Shown here one piece after another: positions 12,488-25,740 of a stretch of DNA of 64,000 bases (its first letter is position 1; each line of letters opens with the position of its first letter). A program made the position numbers and the translations under genes. Source of the stretch: Malacoraja senta (Eukaryota). The DNA is taken from NCBI GenBank assembly GCA_038087875.1, contig CM075988.1, forward strand, positions 13,518,001 through 13,582,000. Direction: 5' to 3'. Below the pieces are notes generated by a model. The model saw nothing but the letters and a program-made list of their open reading frames with translations, made no database searches and was not told the DNA's origin.

Positions 12488-13085
12488 GTACGTACAACGT
12501 TCCCTGAAAGTGGCGTTACGGTCAATAGGGCATTGAGTATAGAAGCTGGGACATTATTTGCAGTTGTACAAGACATTGGTGAGGCCACTCTTGGAGTACT
12601 GTGTTCAGTTTTGGTCACCCTACGGTAGAAATGATGTCATTGAGCTGGAAGGTTTGCAGAAAAGATTTATGAGGATTCCAAGGAACAGAGTAATAGGGAG
12701 AGGCTGGGCAGGCTAGGGATTTATTCCTTGGAGCACAGAAGACAGGGGTGATCTTATAGGGGTGTGCAAAATCATGAAGGGCATATATAGGGTGAATGCA
12801 CATAGCCCCCCCCCCCCCCCCCCAAGGATAAGAACTAGTGGACAGAGGATTGAGGTGAAAGAGGAAAGATTTCAAATAAACCTGAGGGGCAACATTTTCA
12901 CACAAAGATTGGTACGTGTATGGAACAAGCAGTCAGAAGAAGCATTTGAGCTAGGTACAATTAAAGAACATTGTGAAAGGTATATGGATAGGAAATGTTT
13001 AGAGGGATATGAGGCAAAAACTGGTAAATGGGGCTAGCTTTGATGGTATTCTACGCTAGTTGGACTGAAGGGCCTGTTTGCTGCT
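12488..13085 (+). mobile_element. Degenerate CR1 LINE 3' fragment
   Basis: LYKTLVRPLLEYCVQFW-like and NLRGNIFTQRLVRVWNK motifs (ORF 12762..13037). Confidence 0.85.
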
Positions 13086-13898
13086 GTCTTATTCAATGAT
13101 ATTCTTTATGATTTTCTTTGCAACTTGTTTGGTGAATTTTTGCTAATTATGTTAGATCTGTGTTCTCTGGTTATATACTCAATTAGGTGATTTTAAGCAT
13201 AGAATTGTTCAAAATCTGGAACTTTTTTAAATTTATCATAGATTGGATATGATGTTACAAAATTGAAATATTCAAATATTGAATCTTGCAGCAAAAAAAA
13301 AGTGTGGAAATCTGAAACAAAAACAGAATACCGAAAGTTCTTAGCAAGTCAGGTAGCATCTGTGGGGAAATGATCGAAATTTACATTGAGTCAAACTGCT
13401 TTATCAGATCTGGAAAAGTGAGAAGCGGGGTAGGGGAGGTGGTGTGGTAGATGATAAAGAGAGTTTATCGATTATAGCATGCAGACTGAAAAAGCTACAA
13501 ACCTCAAACCTGGGGTAAATCCCTTTTCTTCACACATGTGGGCGGCCTTTGTTTCAAATTGTTTCCGTGCCGTTGGTTTTGTATATTACCTTTTTAAAAG
13601 TAATCGTTGCCTTGACACCATTGGTTTGCACCTTATCATAGATGCTCCCTCTTCTCCGTACCTCCCCCTCTCTTTTCTATTTTGATTGAAGGGCATGAAC
13701 CAGCTACTCTGTTTCACTCCCCACTGAAGTTTCTTGACTTACTGAGTGCTTCCCGCATTGTGTGTTCATTTGTTAATAGTTGAGGGCAGTTGCTTGCTGA
13801 ACTAATGCGATGATATTACATAATGGTAGGTTATTGGTTTACCTGCATGGCTGGGCCATCAATGGAAGAACTTGTGAAGGGAGTTCCTTCCTCTGCAG

Positions 13899-15221
13899 AT
13901 AAACACCAAAAGCTGGAGTAACTCAGCGGGACAGAGGTGGGTGACATGTATGAAATGGGAAATTTATTATCATTTCAACAATTAAAATCAAAATGTAATC
14001 TGAATAACAACCAATACTTTAAATATTTACAGATATGTGACTTTATGAAGAAATATATACCAAGATTTCAGAGCATAATGATAGACCCACTGGAAGAAGC
14101 AATGAATATTAAGGCGGACTCACAAAAATTAATATCATATCTATATAATAGTATTCTTAACAGAGAATTGCCATCAACAGAGGCAATTAGAGAAGACTGG
14201 GAAAAATAATTAATGACAAAAATTTCCAAAGAAACATGGGAAAAGTATTTGATATATATACATAAATGTTCGATTAATGCTAGACACAATTTAATTCAAT
14301 TTAAAATATTACACAGATTATGTTATTCAAAAACTAGGGTGAATAAATTCTATTCAAATATTTCTCCCATCTGTGACAAATGTCTTTCTCAAAATGCCAA
14401 TATTACACACTCTTGTTTCTTTCACAAAACTTCATAAATGTTGGTGTGATATATTTGATATATTCACTAGTCTAAGATAAAAATGGAACCTAATATTGAA
14501 ATGCTTATATTCGGAGTAATGGGAGACGGGAACAAATTAAATATACCCCAAAATTCATTTTTTAATTATGGTTTAATAATAGCAAAAAACCTTATACTTA
14601 AATTTTGGAAAAATGCTACTATACCAACATTAAAAATGTGGACCAGTAATATGTTGGACACAGCCCACCTGGAAGAAATGAGATTCCTCCTAATAGACAA
14701 ACAAGACCAATTCTTAACGAGTTGGTCTCCATTTATTGATTTTTTTGGATTCATGTGGTGCAACAGTATCGTAAAAATTAAAAGTTTCAGGTATGGGTGA
14801 AAGATGATCAAGAATATAAAAAAGCATCTCCTTGTGGCGAGTGGATAATCTCCCTCCTGCTTCACTTTCCTACTTATTTCTTTTCTTTAATAGCTCTTAT
14901 TCTCTCCCCTTTTTTTTTCACACACACTAGACTTTCCTCTATTCTCTACTATCTCTTTCTTTCTTATCTCTCTTAAAAAAAAAAAAGTAAGTTGTACAGA
15001 GAATGTATTATGTTAACATAATTTGGGAACCTGTAAAAAGGTACCACTGTATTGTACTTCTAATAAATAAAATGTATTAGAAGTACAGTAGCAGAAGGGT
15101 CTCGACCCAAAATGTCACCTATTCCTTCTCTCCAGAGATGCTGCCTGTCCTGCTGAGTTACTCCAGCTTTTTGCGACTATCTCGGATTTAAACCAGCATC
15201 TGCAGTTCCTTCCTACACATA
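13899..15221. mobile_element. Penelope-derived inverted-arm element with 12-bp target duplication, hosting an L1 fragment
   Basis: cttcctctgcag at 13887-13898 and 15222-15233. Left arm 13899-13934 is the reverse complement of part of the right arm 15093-15220. Confidence 0.7.
13937..15075 (+). mobile_element. Second L1/Tx1-clade 3' fragment (related subfamily)
   Basis: ORFs 13937..14209, 14213..14437 and 14483..14800 parallel the C-terminus of the first L1 (NIKADSQKLISYLYNS, FKILHR, CDKC, LILKFWKNA). It ends cttctaataaataaaa. Confidence 0.9.
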
Positions 15222-16164
15222 CTTCCTCTGCAGCCTTGGACGACCAGAGAATCAAAGCCAAGAAAAATGTTAAAGCAGTTGATAACAGAATGGCACATGC
15301 AGAGATTCATGGCAGGTTTTCAAGTAAGTTTCTTAAGTGGTTATGTTGTTTTGATCTGAGTTGCTTTTGTGATCCAGTGTGGGAATAATTTAATTAATGA
15401 TTTAAAGCAACAAAGAGTGTAGCACATCTCAGCCACTGCTAACAAAACGGATCATTGTAACATCTTTTGTCTGCAATAGTAAGCTTCAAAGAAGTTGATA
15501 TAAATTAATTAAGAGATGGTTAGATCAAATTATTGTCTCCACTGCGTGTTTTCAACAGATGACAGCCACATTTTTCAAGTTACTTGAGTGTCTTCCATAC
15601 TTAGTGGACCATTTAACAGATAAATTAATCATAAAATGATCTTAACTAACTACCACAAGTCTGGGACAAACCAGTCTGAAGAAAGGTCTTGACCCAAAAC
15701 ATCACCTATTCCTTTTCTCCAGCGATGCTGTCTGACCCGCTGAGTTACTCCAGCTATTTGTGTCTATCTTTGGTTTAAAACAGCATCTGCAGTTCCTAAA
15801 CCTTTTTTTTTTTAGATTATGCGATGGAAGGGGGGAATGAGAGAAATTCTGGTTCTCAAGGATTGCTTTCCAATGGCTTGTTATGTCTCAAGTCATCACT
15901 AGTGCCACCTGGTGACCATAGTATGCATAAGTACCTAATTCAACAGTTCACTTAAAGCACTGTTACAAATGTTTACAAAGGACATCAGTAACTGCTGAAT
16001 GTCAGAATGCACTCACAATTTCATTCATTATAATTACAAAAACAAATAAAAGCTACTACTGTTTATTTTTAATTTGAATTTGCGCATTAATTATCTGGTC
16101 AGGAATTTGAACCATTCTGTTGGGTTCATTATCTTCTTGAGAATGGAACAAAATGGTCTCATGC

Positions 16165-16830
16165 AGCACAGAAATGGGCCCTTCGGCCTTGGGCCCTTTA
16201 AGCCTTTCTTTTTCATGTACCCATCCATAGGTCTTTTAAATGTTATTATACCTGCCTCAACTACTTCATCTGGTTCCATATATTCCCATCACCCTCTGTG
16301 AATAGGTTGTCCCCAGGTTCCTATTACATCTTGTTAAAGAAGGAACTGCAGATGCTGGAAAATCGAAGGTACACAAAAAAGCTGGAGAAACTCAGCGGGT
16401 GCAGCAGCATATATGGAGCGAAGGAGATAGGCAACGTTTCGGGCCGGAACCCTTCTTCTGAAGAAGGGTTTCGGCCCGAAACGTTGCATATCTCCTTCGC
16501 TCCATAGACGCTGCTGCACCCGCTGAGTTTCTCCAGCTTTTTTGTGTACCTCCCATTACATCTTTCTCCTCTCACCTTAAACCTATGCCCTCTATCCTGG
16601 GAATTCACCCTAACTATTCTCTTCATGATCTAAGATCACCCCTTAGCCTCCTGCGCTACAAGGAATAAATTCCTAGCCTGCCCAAACTCTCCCTGTATCT
16701 CAGGCCCTTGAGTCCTGGCAACATCTCTGCATTCTTTCAAGCCTAATGGCATCCTTCCTATAATAGCAAGGTGACCAAAGCTAAATACAATATGCCAAAT
16801 GCAACCTCACCAATGTCTTGTAATGCACCA
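16165..16830 (-). mobile_element. CR1 LINE fragment split by a hairpin insertion
   Basis: EVVEAGIITFKR and RGHRFKVRGE motifs on the minus strand either side of 16333-16554. Confidence 0.8.
16333..16554. mobile_element. Penelope-derived ~185-bp near-perfect palindrome (16367-16551) with 10-bp target duplication
   Basis: aggtacacaaaaaagctggagaaactcagcggg... is mirrored by ...cccgctgagtttctccagcttttttgtgtacct. attacatctt occurs at 16323-16332 and 16555-16564. Confidence 0.88.
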
Positions 16831-19800
16831 AAGTAAATTTGTATATATAAATATATTGTCAAGGGATGGAAAGATAACCAAAATGGAGTATAAAGGAACA
16901 TTTTTGTTCTTATCCATGAAGAATCGTTAGGTTAGCTTTGATAAGAAGCTAGATCAGATCGTCCACTTGCAGAACTGAGCCGAGATACATGCATCCGATT
17001 TAAAATCATTAATATTCCACTTCCCCACATATTTATCCCTGAAAACTGAATTGTAGATTTGCCCTGTGTGTAGCTGATTCATTTCATTAGACAAAACCAT
17101 AGGATGTTAACATATAGTTGAGATAAATGAATGAACACAATAAAAGCCATGGATGTAAGGCAGACCAGTCTTTGACGAGTTCACGATTTGCTAGATTATT
17201 CCAACAGAACAGTCAATTAAAAAGAATCTCTGTAACCTTATCAAGTATTTATCTCTAACAAGTTTTGAATATCTGTAGATCTTATATAAGATTGAACTTT
17301 ATACTAAAATATGTTTAAACAGAATCACCATAATAGATGAGGGAAACTTGATGCTCAATATTGCAGGAAGAACACTCGCACATGTAAAGTTAATTAAAAA
17401 GATTTCCACTGATGTCACCAGGCGCCCTCTAACACAAATGGAAATGCATTCATCCAATGAAAGGTTTTGACCAAAACATCACCCTTTCCTTTTCTCCAGA
17501 TGCTGCCTGACCTACTGCATGTGTCTAAGTGCTTAACTTGTACTTTTTTTCGAACAAAATTTGGGCATTGTCAGTTTGGAAAATTATAGAGTGAGGCAAG
17601 TAACAATCTCCTCGGTGACTGGGTTCCAATGGGTGTGAGAGTGGGGCAGGTCAATGCACAGAAAAGTCACATATGCCTTGAGGGAAACATTGTTATTGAA
17701 AAATGAGTCAATGCGGAGAAGTGATGGTGGATTGTACTGAAGCCATAATGCTGTGAGTTATGTTGTGTACTTAATACTTTAAATTGGCAACATGAATCAC
17801 TGGGGTTCTGTTAAGATTTATATCACAGATGTGAACTGCAGAAATTAAATTTTACTGCCATGCTTTACATAAATCTTTAAAATAGATAACATTTTCCACA
17901 GTTCATCTTTATGCAAGACCACCATAATTTATTTCCCGTGGCCTCTCTCCTCCCTTCAATATTATCATATTGTACTGAATTATACATTCAGAACTGTGAG
18001 GTGAGCAGAGATTTAAAAAACTACATCCGTCGGGGAAAGGAGGCTTTCTGACTGAATTGATCAAATGGGGGTCTACAAGAATGAAGGCTACCTGAGCAAC
18101 AGGGACTGGGATATTTTTTTGTTTTTCTTCTTATCCTCCTCTCCATTTTCTAATCAGTTTTCTTCTCACTTATAGAGTCATAGAGTGATACAATGTGGTA
18201 ACAGTCCCTTCGGCCCAGCTTGTCCACACCGGCCAACATGTCCCATCTAACTAGTCCCACCTGCCAGCATTTGGTCCATATCCTTCGACCCGTCCTCTAC
18301 ATGTACCTGTCTTAACTGCTTCGTAAACTTCTCCTTAAGGCACAGAAATTTCTCGCTGAGCAGGGTATGTTTTTGCCAAAACGTCATTCTTCGTAGGTGA
18401 GCCCTCACCTGCAGGAAACATCACTGCCAGACTTAACCCTTCCCAAATGTGAACTTCTAACAAATTCTAATGGACAATGACGTGGAATGGAAATCCTAGC
18501 CAACTTTCCAATGTCTAATCTGCTGGAGCCAATTGTCAAAGGGCAGCTAACACAAAGCCGGTAGGCAGTAGGCTAAACCACTTCCTAAATTAAGCAGCAG
18601 CCTACAGCTAATATTTTATTGTGCTAATTTGTATTAAATACTGCAGATCCACACAATTTGGACAAGCTCTACCATTGTGGAATTTATTGCTACAGACAGG
18701 TGTGGAGGCCAAGTCAATGGATATTTTTAAGGCGGAGATTGACAGATTCTTGATTAGTAAGGGTGTTGGGCATTATGGGGAGAAGGCAAGAGAATGGGGT
18801 TGAGAGGGAAAGATAGATCAGTTATGATTGAATGGCGGAGTGGAGTTGTTGAGCCGCATGGCCTAATTCTCAAGTCAAGTCAAGTTTATTTGTCACATAC
18901 ACAAATACAGGAATTCTGTTCCTGTAACTTACGAACTTGAACATTCACAGGCATGGGTTGCTTTTGTTTTGATTTATTTGTCATTTTCCACAAGTAGAGG
19001 CGGCATCTAATACAATTTGAAACTCATCTGTGAAGTATCGTCTCTAGAAATGTAAATGGCTTCTTATGAAAAAAGACAGTGTAGGTCATCCATTGTTTCC
19101 GCTGGTAACAATATATTTTCACACAAAACCAAATGTTATTTCTGTCATGTCATCTTAGTCTGAAGCCAGTTGCACTTGGCTGTCTGCCCGTTGGCTGTTT
19201 GCCACTTCGAGATACTTACAATGGATAACTGAGCAAGCTGACCATTCTCCCCAGGAGTCAGGCAGTAAGGAACAGTCTTAGCAGAGGCAAAGCCTCAGCC
19301 GCTGCACTGCTGACGCCATGTCCTCCCATTGTCTTCTGCCCAACACCTGACAAAGCTCGGAAGCACAGGATTTAAACGCCTCAGATATTCTGCAATATTA
19401 TCCTGTTGCAAATTTTATGGCTGCAAGCATATGAATCCACATAACATTGAGACTTAAAAACAATTAAAACTGCTGCAGATATTAAAAAAAAAAAGATCAG
19501 CCATTTAAAAAAAAAAGATTTTTAAACAAAAAAAAAGATTTTTAAACAAAAAAAAAGATTTTGAAACAAAAAAAAATTAAAAGATGTCAATGGGACATAT
19601 AAACTTTTCTTCCTGATCTCCATGTCAGAAATAACCATTAGGTAGGACCCGTATCCTATGCCTGGATTTCCAAGCATACATTATGCTCAGTCGAAACAAA
19701 GAGCCAAGATGTGCTGGTACAAGTGATAGAATGATTCAGCCCCTTTTGTTTTTAGGCTCACAGTATTTATTGATATGTAGCTCAGCGCCCATATACAGCC

Positions 19801-20569
19801 GATATACATGACTATTCTTCCACTTGCTCCGTTCAATAAAAAGATTTGACAGAGGTAATGAGATGGAGCCAAAGCAAAATGATTACAAGGTGAATTAAAA
19901 TAAAACACATTATATAAATAAGCTTATACATTCCTTCTGTCCAGTGATGCTGCCTGACCCGCTAAGTTACTCCAGCACTTTGTCTACCTTCAATTTAAAT
20001 CAGCATCTGCAGTTCTTTCCTACACATATAAATAAGCTTGTCTTGATAGGAAGTGCTTTGCAGTAATAAAGGTTTTCAATAAATACAATGATATGGAGAA
20101 AGGGAATTCCAGCATTCATATCCTTCAGGTTCAGGAGAAGAATGGAACAATAGATAACTGACTACAACAAACAAATTGTAATTGTATTTTCAAAATTATG
20201 ATTTTTGCATTTTGCTCTATAGTTTCCATCTTGCGAAGTGTTTTGGGATTCTGATGCCAAATTTACAGAATGATTATCAGCAGTTATTTTTTACTTTCTC
20301 ACTCCCTCCACAGCCTGCTGTAGATTTCTTCATTAATTTTAAAAGTACATTATCATTTTAGTTTTTTCAAGGGACCCTGGCAACAGAAGCTATCATTTCA
20401 AGATCCCTTTTTCATTCAATGCAATTGATTAAATTGAGTAAAAGTATACTGTCGAGGCACTTTCAATGAGGATGCATGCAAAGATTGTAAGTAAATTATA
20501 AAGAAAATGGCAGACTGCTCTTTGATTTTTCCTTATCTGCAAATACAGTGAATGTTTGAAAGCAAAGAC

Positions 20570-20922
20570 GTGTATAAAACCACGAGAGGAATAGATCGGG
20601 TAGATGCAGAGTCCCTTGTTCAGAATAGGGGAATCGAGGACCAGCGGACATAGGTTCAAGGTGAAGGGGAAAAGATTTAATAGGAATCTGAAGGGTAACT
20701 TTTTCACACAAAGGGAGGTGGGTGTATGGAACAAGCTGCCAGAGGAGGTAGTTGAGGCTGGGATTATCCCAACGTTTAAGAAACAGTTAAACAGGTACCT
20801 GGATAGGACAGGTTTGGAGGGATATGGACCAAGTGGAGGCAGGTGGGAGTAATGTAGCAGGGACATGTTGGCCGGTTTGGGCTAAAGGGCCTGTTTCCAC
20901 ACTGTATCACTCTATGACTATG
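20570..20922 (+). mobile_element. CR1 LINE 3' end
   Basis: ORF 20604..20852 ESRTSGHRFKVKGKRFNRNLKGNFFTQREVGVWNKLPEEVVEAG, followed by tail ctgtatcactctatgac. Confidence 0.9.
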
Positions 20923-21339
20923 ACCTTCTTGCCTTGCAAATGGGGGGAAAAAGATTAGAATTCAGCCATCTAGCATCTAACTTGGGAAAAGGAGGAAAAT
21001 ATGGTTCAAGAATGGAAACTGGTTATTTTCTGCAATTATACACATAGCAAAATTCATTTTTTTGTAGTCAGAGGCCACATGTATGGAAACATTTATAATA
21101 ATAGTTAAAATCTCTTTAATTTATGTGAGTGTATTGACTTTTTATTTTAGTGAGACTAACTAATTTGTATGAAAGATTTATTAGATAAAACCACACAGGA
21201 AATATTTTAATAAAATTGATACGAGGCACCAGAGGTACATTAATCACTATCCAATTATATCACACTATATAACTTACAGAAAGTCAATTTTCGTGGAGAT
21301 CCAGAGAAGGTTTACAAGAATGATCCCAGGAATGATTAG

Positions 21340-21720
21340 AAAGTTTTGCTCATCTCAGTCCTAAAGGATTTCCCCTTTATCCTTAAACTGTGACCCCTTG
21401 TCCTGGACTTCCCCAACATCGGGAACAATCTTCCTGCATCTAGCCTGTCCAACCCCTTAAGAATTTTGTAAGTTTCTATAAGATCCCCTCTCAATCTTCT
21501 AAATTCTAGCAAGTACAAGCCGAGTCTATCCAGTCTTTCTTCATATGAAAGTCCTGACATCCCAGGAATCAGTCTGGTGAACCTTCTCTGTACTCCCTCT
21601 ATGGCAAGAATGTCTTTCCTCAGATTTGGAGACCAAAACTACGCAATACCCCAGGTGTGGTCTCACCAAGACCCTGTACAACTGCAGTAGAACCTCCCTG
21701 CTCCTACACTCAAATCCTTT
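21340..21720 (-). mobile_element. Young CR1 LINE internal fragment
   Basis: ORF 21336..21560 MSGLSYEERLDRLGLYLLEFRRLRGDLIETYKIL, nearly identical to 52260-52640. Confidence 0.9.
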
Positions 21721-21839
21721 CCTTCGCTCCTTAGATGCTGCTGCACCTGCTGAGTTTCTCCAGCACCTTTGTCTACCTTAGTTATTTATAATAGTGTTCT
21801 CTATTTCAGGATTTGAAAGGATTTACAGTACATTTCGAA

Positions 21840-22690
21840 CAGAGATAAGGAGGAATTTATTTAGTCAGATGGTGATGAATGTGTGGAATTCATTGCCACA
21901 GATGGCAAGATCATTGAGTATGTTTAAAGCAGAGATTGATAGGTTTTAATTAGTGAGGGTGTCAAAGGCTATTCAGGAGAAGGCATAAGAATTCAAGCTG
22001 GAAAGTGTACAGAGAAGATTTATGAGGATGTTGCCAGGACTAGAGGGTCTGAGGTTGAGTAGGCTGGGACTCTATTCCTTGGAGCGCAGGAGGATGAGGG
22101 GTGATCTTTTTAAGGTGTATAACATCGTGAGAGGAATAGATTGGGTAGATGTACAATGTCTCTCGCCCAGAGTAGGGTAATCGGGGACCAGAGAACATAC
22201 GTTTAAGGCGAAGGGAAAATATTTAATAGGAATCTGAGGAGTAACTTTTTCACCCAAAGGGTGGTGGGTGTATGGAACAAGCTGCCAGAGGAGGTAGCTG
22301 AGGCTGGGACTATCCTAATATTTAAGAAAGTTAGACAGGTACATTGATAGGACAGGTTTGGAGTGATATGGGCCAAGCACTGGAAGGTGGGACTAGTGTC
22401 GCTGGGACATGTAGGCTGTTGTGGGCAAGATGGGCAGAAGGGCCTGTTCCCACACTGTATCACTCTATGACTCTGAGTCTATGACTCTATGGGGTTGAGA
22501 GGGGAAAAATAGACCATTCCTTCTCTCCAGAGATGCTGCCTGTCCCGCTGAGTTACTCCAGCATTTTGTGTCTACCTTCTATTTAAACCAGCATCTGCAG
22601 TTCTTTCTTATACATTTAGCCATAATTGAATGGTGGAATAGTCTTGATGGGCCAAATGGCCTAATTCTGCTCCTATATCTTGTGGTCTTA
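21840..22690 (+). mobile_element. Nested cluster: CR1 tail interrupted by a second CR1 (~21993-22490) and a Penelope arm (~22515-22615)
   Basis: The first CR1 3' end resumes (ggggttgag...; agccataattgaatgg...ggcctaattctgctcc) after each insertion. Confidence 0.75.
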
Positions 22691-22799
22691 TATAGTACTT
22701 GTTATAAATTGACATTTGTTTTGGTCCATAAAACAATTCTTGAAGTAATCAATTGGCTAAGGTAACATCCTGTGGATGAGAAAGGTCCAATATAAATAT

Positions 22800-23072
22800 T
22801 AGATAGACACAAAATGCTGGAGTAACTCAGTGGGTAACTTGAAGTTACTTACTTTCCCTCTCTCTCCATCCCCACCCCCTTTACAGTTCTTCGACCAGTC
22901 TTACTGTCCCCGACTACATTTTATCTCTGTACTGCCCACTCCCCTGACATCAGTCTGAAGAAGGGTCTCGACCCGAAACGTCACATTCCTTCTCTCCAGA
23001 GCCTGTCCCGCTGAGTTACTCCAGCATTTTGTGTCTATCTTCGATTTAAACCAGCATCTGCAGTTCTTTCCT
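22800..23072 (+). mobile_element. Penelope-like terminal repeat with hammerhead-like core at 22955-22982
   Basis: ctgaaga-agggtctcgaccc-gaaa-cgtc followed by the recurring ...gctgagttactccagcattttgtgtctatct arm. A short inverted copy lies at 22801-22833. Confidence 0.8.
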
Positions 23073-23121
23073 ATCAATATAAATATTGTTGCCATGTTTG
23101 GGATTTAAAAAAAAGATCTAC

Positions 23122-23418
23122 CTTAGTGCAATTGGCTGCTTTAGGTTCCAGATCATTGAGTGTCACCAGTTCTCGAAGGAGGCTACTTTCTTGATAACCT
23201 CCCTTGACTCCACGCAGCTTAAAGTAAGCTTGAGGTCTTTGCAGAATTAACCGGAGATTTATTGCAAACCCAGCCATATCAATAGCAAATGGTCTGTGCG
23301 GATCAAAGACTGTTTTCCATCCGTAAACCTTTCCTGCTGCATTCACTTTCGGGGATTCGTATCGAAGTCCACCCACAAAAGCAACAGGCCAGACCGAAAC
23401 TTTCCTTGTAGTCCGCAT
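23122..23418 (-). CDS. B3GAT1: B3GAT1 third coding exon
   Basis: Acceptor cccttcag|ATG, 99 codons MRTTRKVSVWPVAFVGGLRYE...DMAGFA...GYQESSLL...AANCTK, donor gtagat. Inside ORF 23074..23475. Confidence 0.97.
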
Positions 23419-23929
23419 CTGAAGGGAGTGGAAAAGAAAATGTTTTATTCTTTTGAACCATAAATTGATTAACAAAAAAATTGCATCTCGAAGATTGATC
23501 CTATCTATATTTTACAAGGATTTTACAAACTATCAAAAAAATCTTACTTCATATTTGACAAGTTTGTGTAGTCAACATGGATAGAAAATGTGAACCAAAG
23601 GCCATATTTGGATCTTCTTGTGATTGGAGCTGGCTGCCTGACCATTCAATGGAAGCAGTTATTCTCCATCAAAGTGTTGAACAGAAGTCTGAAGAAGCGT
23701 CTCGACCCAAAACGTCACCCATTCCTTCTATCCAGAGATGCTGCCTGTCCCGCTGAGTTACTCCAGCATTTTGTGTCTATCTAGATATCCAGCATCTCTC
23801 TTTCATCTAAGCACTAAAAGCTACAAAGACTGGGTTCTCCAGTGAAGAAGGCTACACTAAAATGAACTTAGCAAACTCAGGTGGCGGAATCAGCAACCAT
23901 TTTTGTGTGTCCTTTGACTGAACTTACTG

Positions 23930-24272
23930 AATATTGAAAGGCTTGGATAAAGTGGATGTAGAGAGGATGTTTCCACTAGTGGGAAAGTCTAGGACTGGAG
24001 GTCATAGCCTCAGAATTAAAAGTCTTTCCTTTAGGAAGGAGATGAGGAGGGATTTCTTTAGTCAGAGGGTGGTGAATCTATGGAATTTTGCCACAGAAGG
24101 CTGTGGAGGCCGTCAATTGATTATTTTAAGGCAGAGATAGAGGTAGATTTGTATCTCAGGGCTTATGGGGCAAAGGCAGGTGAATGTTAGGAGGGAAAGA
24201 TAGATCAGCCATAATTGAATGGCAGAGCAGACTTGATGAGCCGAATGGCCTAATTCTTCTCCTATCACTTAT
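23930..24272 (+). mobile_element. CR1 LINE 3' end
   Basis: ORF 23934..24140 KGLDKVDVERMFPLVGKSRTGGHSLRIK...FFSQRVVNLWN. Confidence 0.9.
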
Positions 24273-25342
24273 TCGAAGTCCCTCCAACTGCTGCACAAGG
24301 CAGTTATTATATTGAGCTTCAATGTCCTATTTGTTTTTCTCTTGCGTAAAAGATTGATAACATGAGCACTTTCCTCATTCGGCAGGTCAATTATTTCTTT
24401 TTATTGAAAAGATAAATTCACAGTTGCATTTTCTCTGTCTAAATTGATATGGAAATTTGAAAAAAATAAGGTAACACGATTGATTTTCTTTGCATTAATG
24501 CACTTTTGATTTATTTTTAATATTTAATATTTCTATCCCTTAATGTTATTCCCCTCATCTTTATTTCAGCATTTTATTTGGAAAGATCAAGTCCTCCTTC
24601 ATGTTCTTAAATGACTGTCTTACAAAGCTGTTGTTAAGTGCGTGTATTGCATTTGTGGAACCCACAAGAGACCAGGTTGACTGCGGCATGGGTCCATAGA
24701 ATCACAACGCTTTAATTCTTTCATAATTGATGTTCAGCGAGATTCCTTTGGCAACTTAAAATCACATACATTTCATCGCCTATGCATGTTCTCCCTCACC
24801 CACTCACAAACATGCACATACAACAGCTAACTACATGGACATCCACACATTCCTTCAACACTCATACTCTTGCATGCATGTGGATTTTCATAGAACAAGC
24901 ATTGTAATAATTTACTAGATGTGTGGTTTCTTTAACAATTGTGAAAGATCCATCTACTGGTAAATCACTACCTTCCATGAATATTAAATTGTTTCCCTCT
25001 CCATCCAACATCTAAGGTATCGTCGCAAAGTTCCTGATCAAAGCTGGTTAAGTGATCCATAAGTGTTAATTACTAGCGAGAAATCTTTTGTAATTGGAAA
25101 CTGTTTCTTCAGTGGTGGAACAAGATCAAGAGAATACTTCTAAGAAGTGACAAGTATTTCTTCTGCATCTTCTTACTTTATGTTGATGACATTTGCTGTG
25201 TGCTTCCTTCAGAAATAATTTTTGGTTTGATTACTTGCATGATTTTCTACTTTGAAATCTTTATTCAGACCATCTCTTCAGGATAAACCACAAGAGTTGA
25301 ACATCACAGTTTATCCAAGCCAACAATGGTGTCTATCCATGC

Positions 25343-25740
25343 TAGACAAAAGTGCTGGAGAAACTCAGTGGGTGCAGCAGCATCTATGGAGCGAAGGAAA
25401 TAGGCAACGTTTCGGGCCGAAACCCTTCTTCAGACTGATGTAGGGTGGGGAGAAGAAAGGAAAAAGCTTTTTAGAAAAAAAAAGGAACCTGGTGTAAAAA
25501 CCTCATCCTGGGAGCAGATGCGGCGTAGACGGAGGAATTGGGAGTAGGGGATGGAGTCCTTACAGGATGCAGGGTGGGAAGAAGAGTAGTCAAGATAGCC
25601 ATGGAAGTCAGTGGGTTTATAGTGGATGTCGGTCAGAAGTCTATCACCTGCGATGGAGATAGTGAGGTGAAGAAATGGTAGGAAAGTGTCCGAAATGGTC
25701 CAGGTGTATTTGAGTGCCGGATGGAAGTTAGTGGTGAAGT
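25343..25740 (-). mobile_element. Penelope-like reverse transcriptase fragment fused to terminal repeat
   Basis: ORF 25430..25759 FHPALKYTWTIS...LPFL...TDIHYKPTD..GYLDYSSSHP..CKDSIPYSQFLRLRRICS is the Penelope RT thumb region. It sits next to a hammerhead-like core at 25406-25433. Confidence 0.9.

Noticed and set aside
19480..19580. Repeated aaaaaaaagatttttaaac units
   Set aside because: Low-complexity slippage; no evidence of function.
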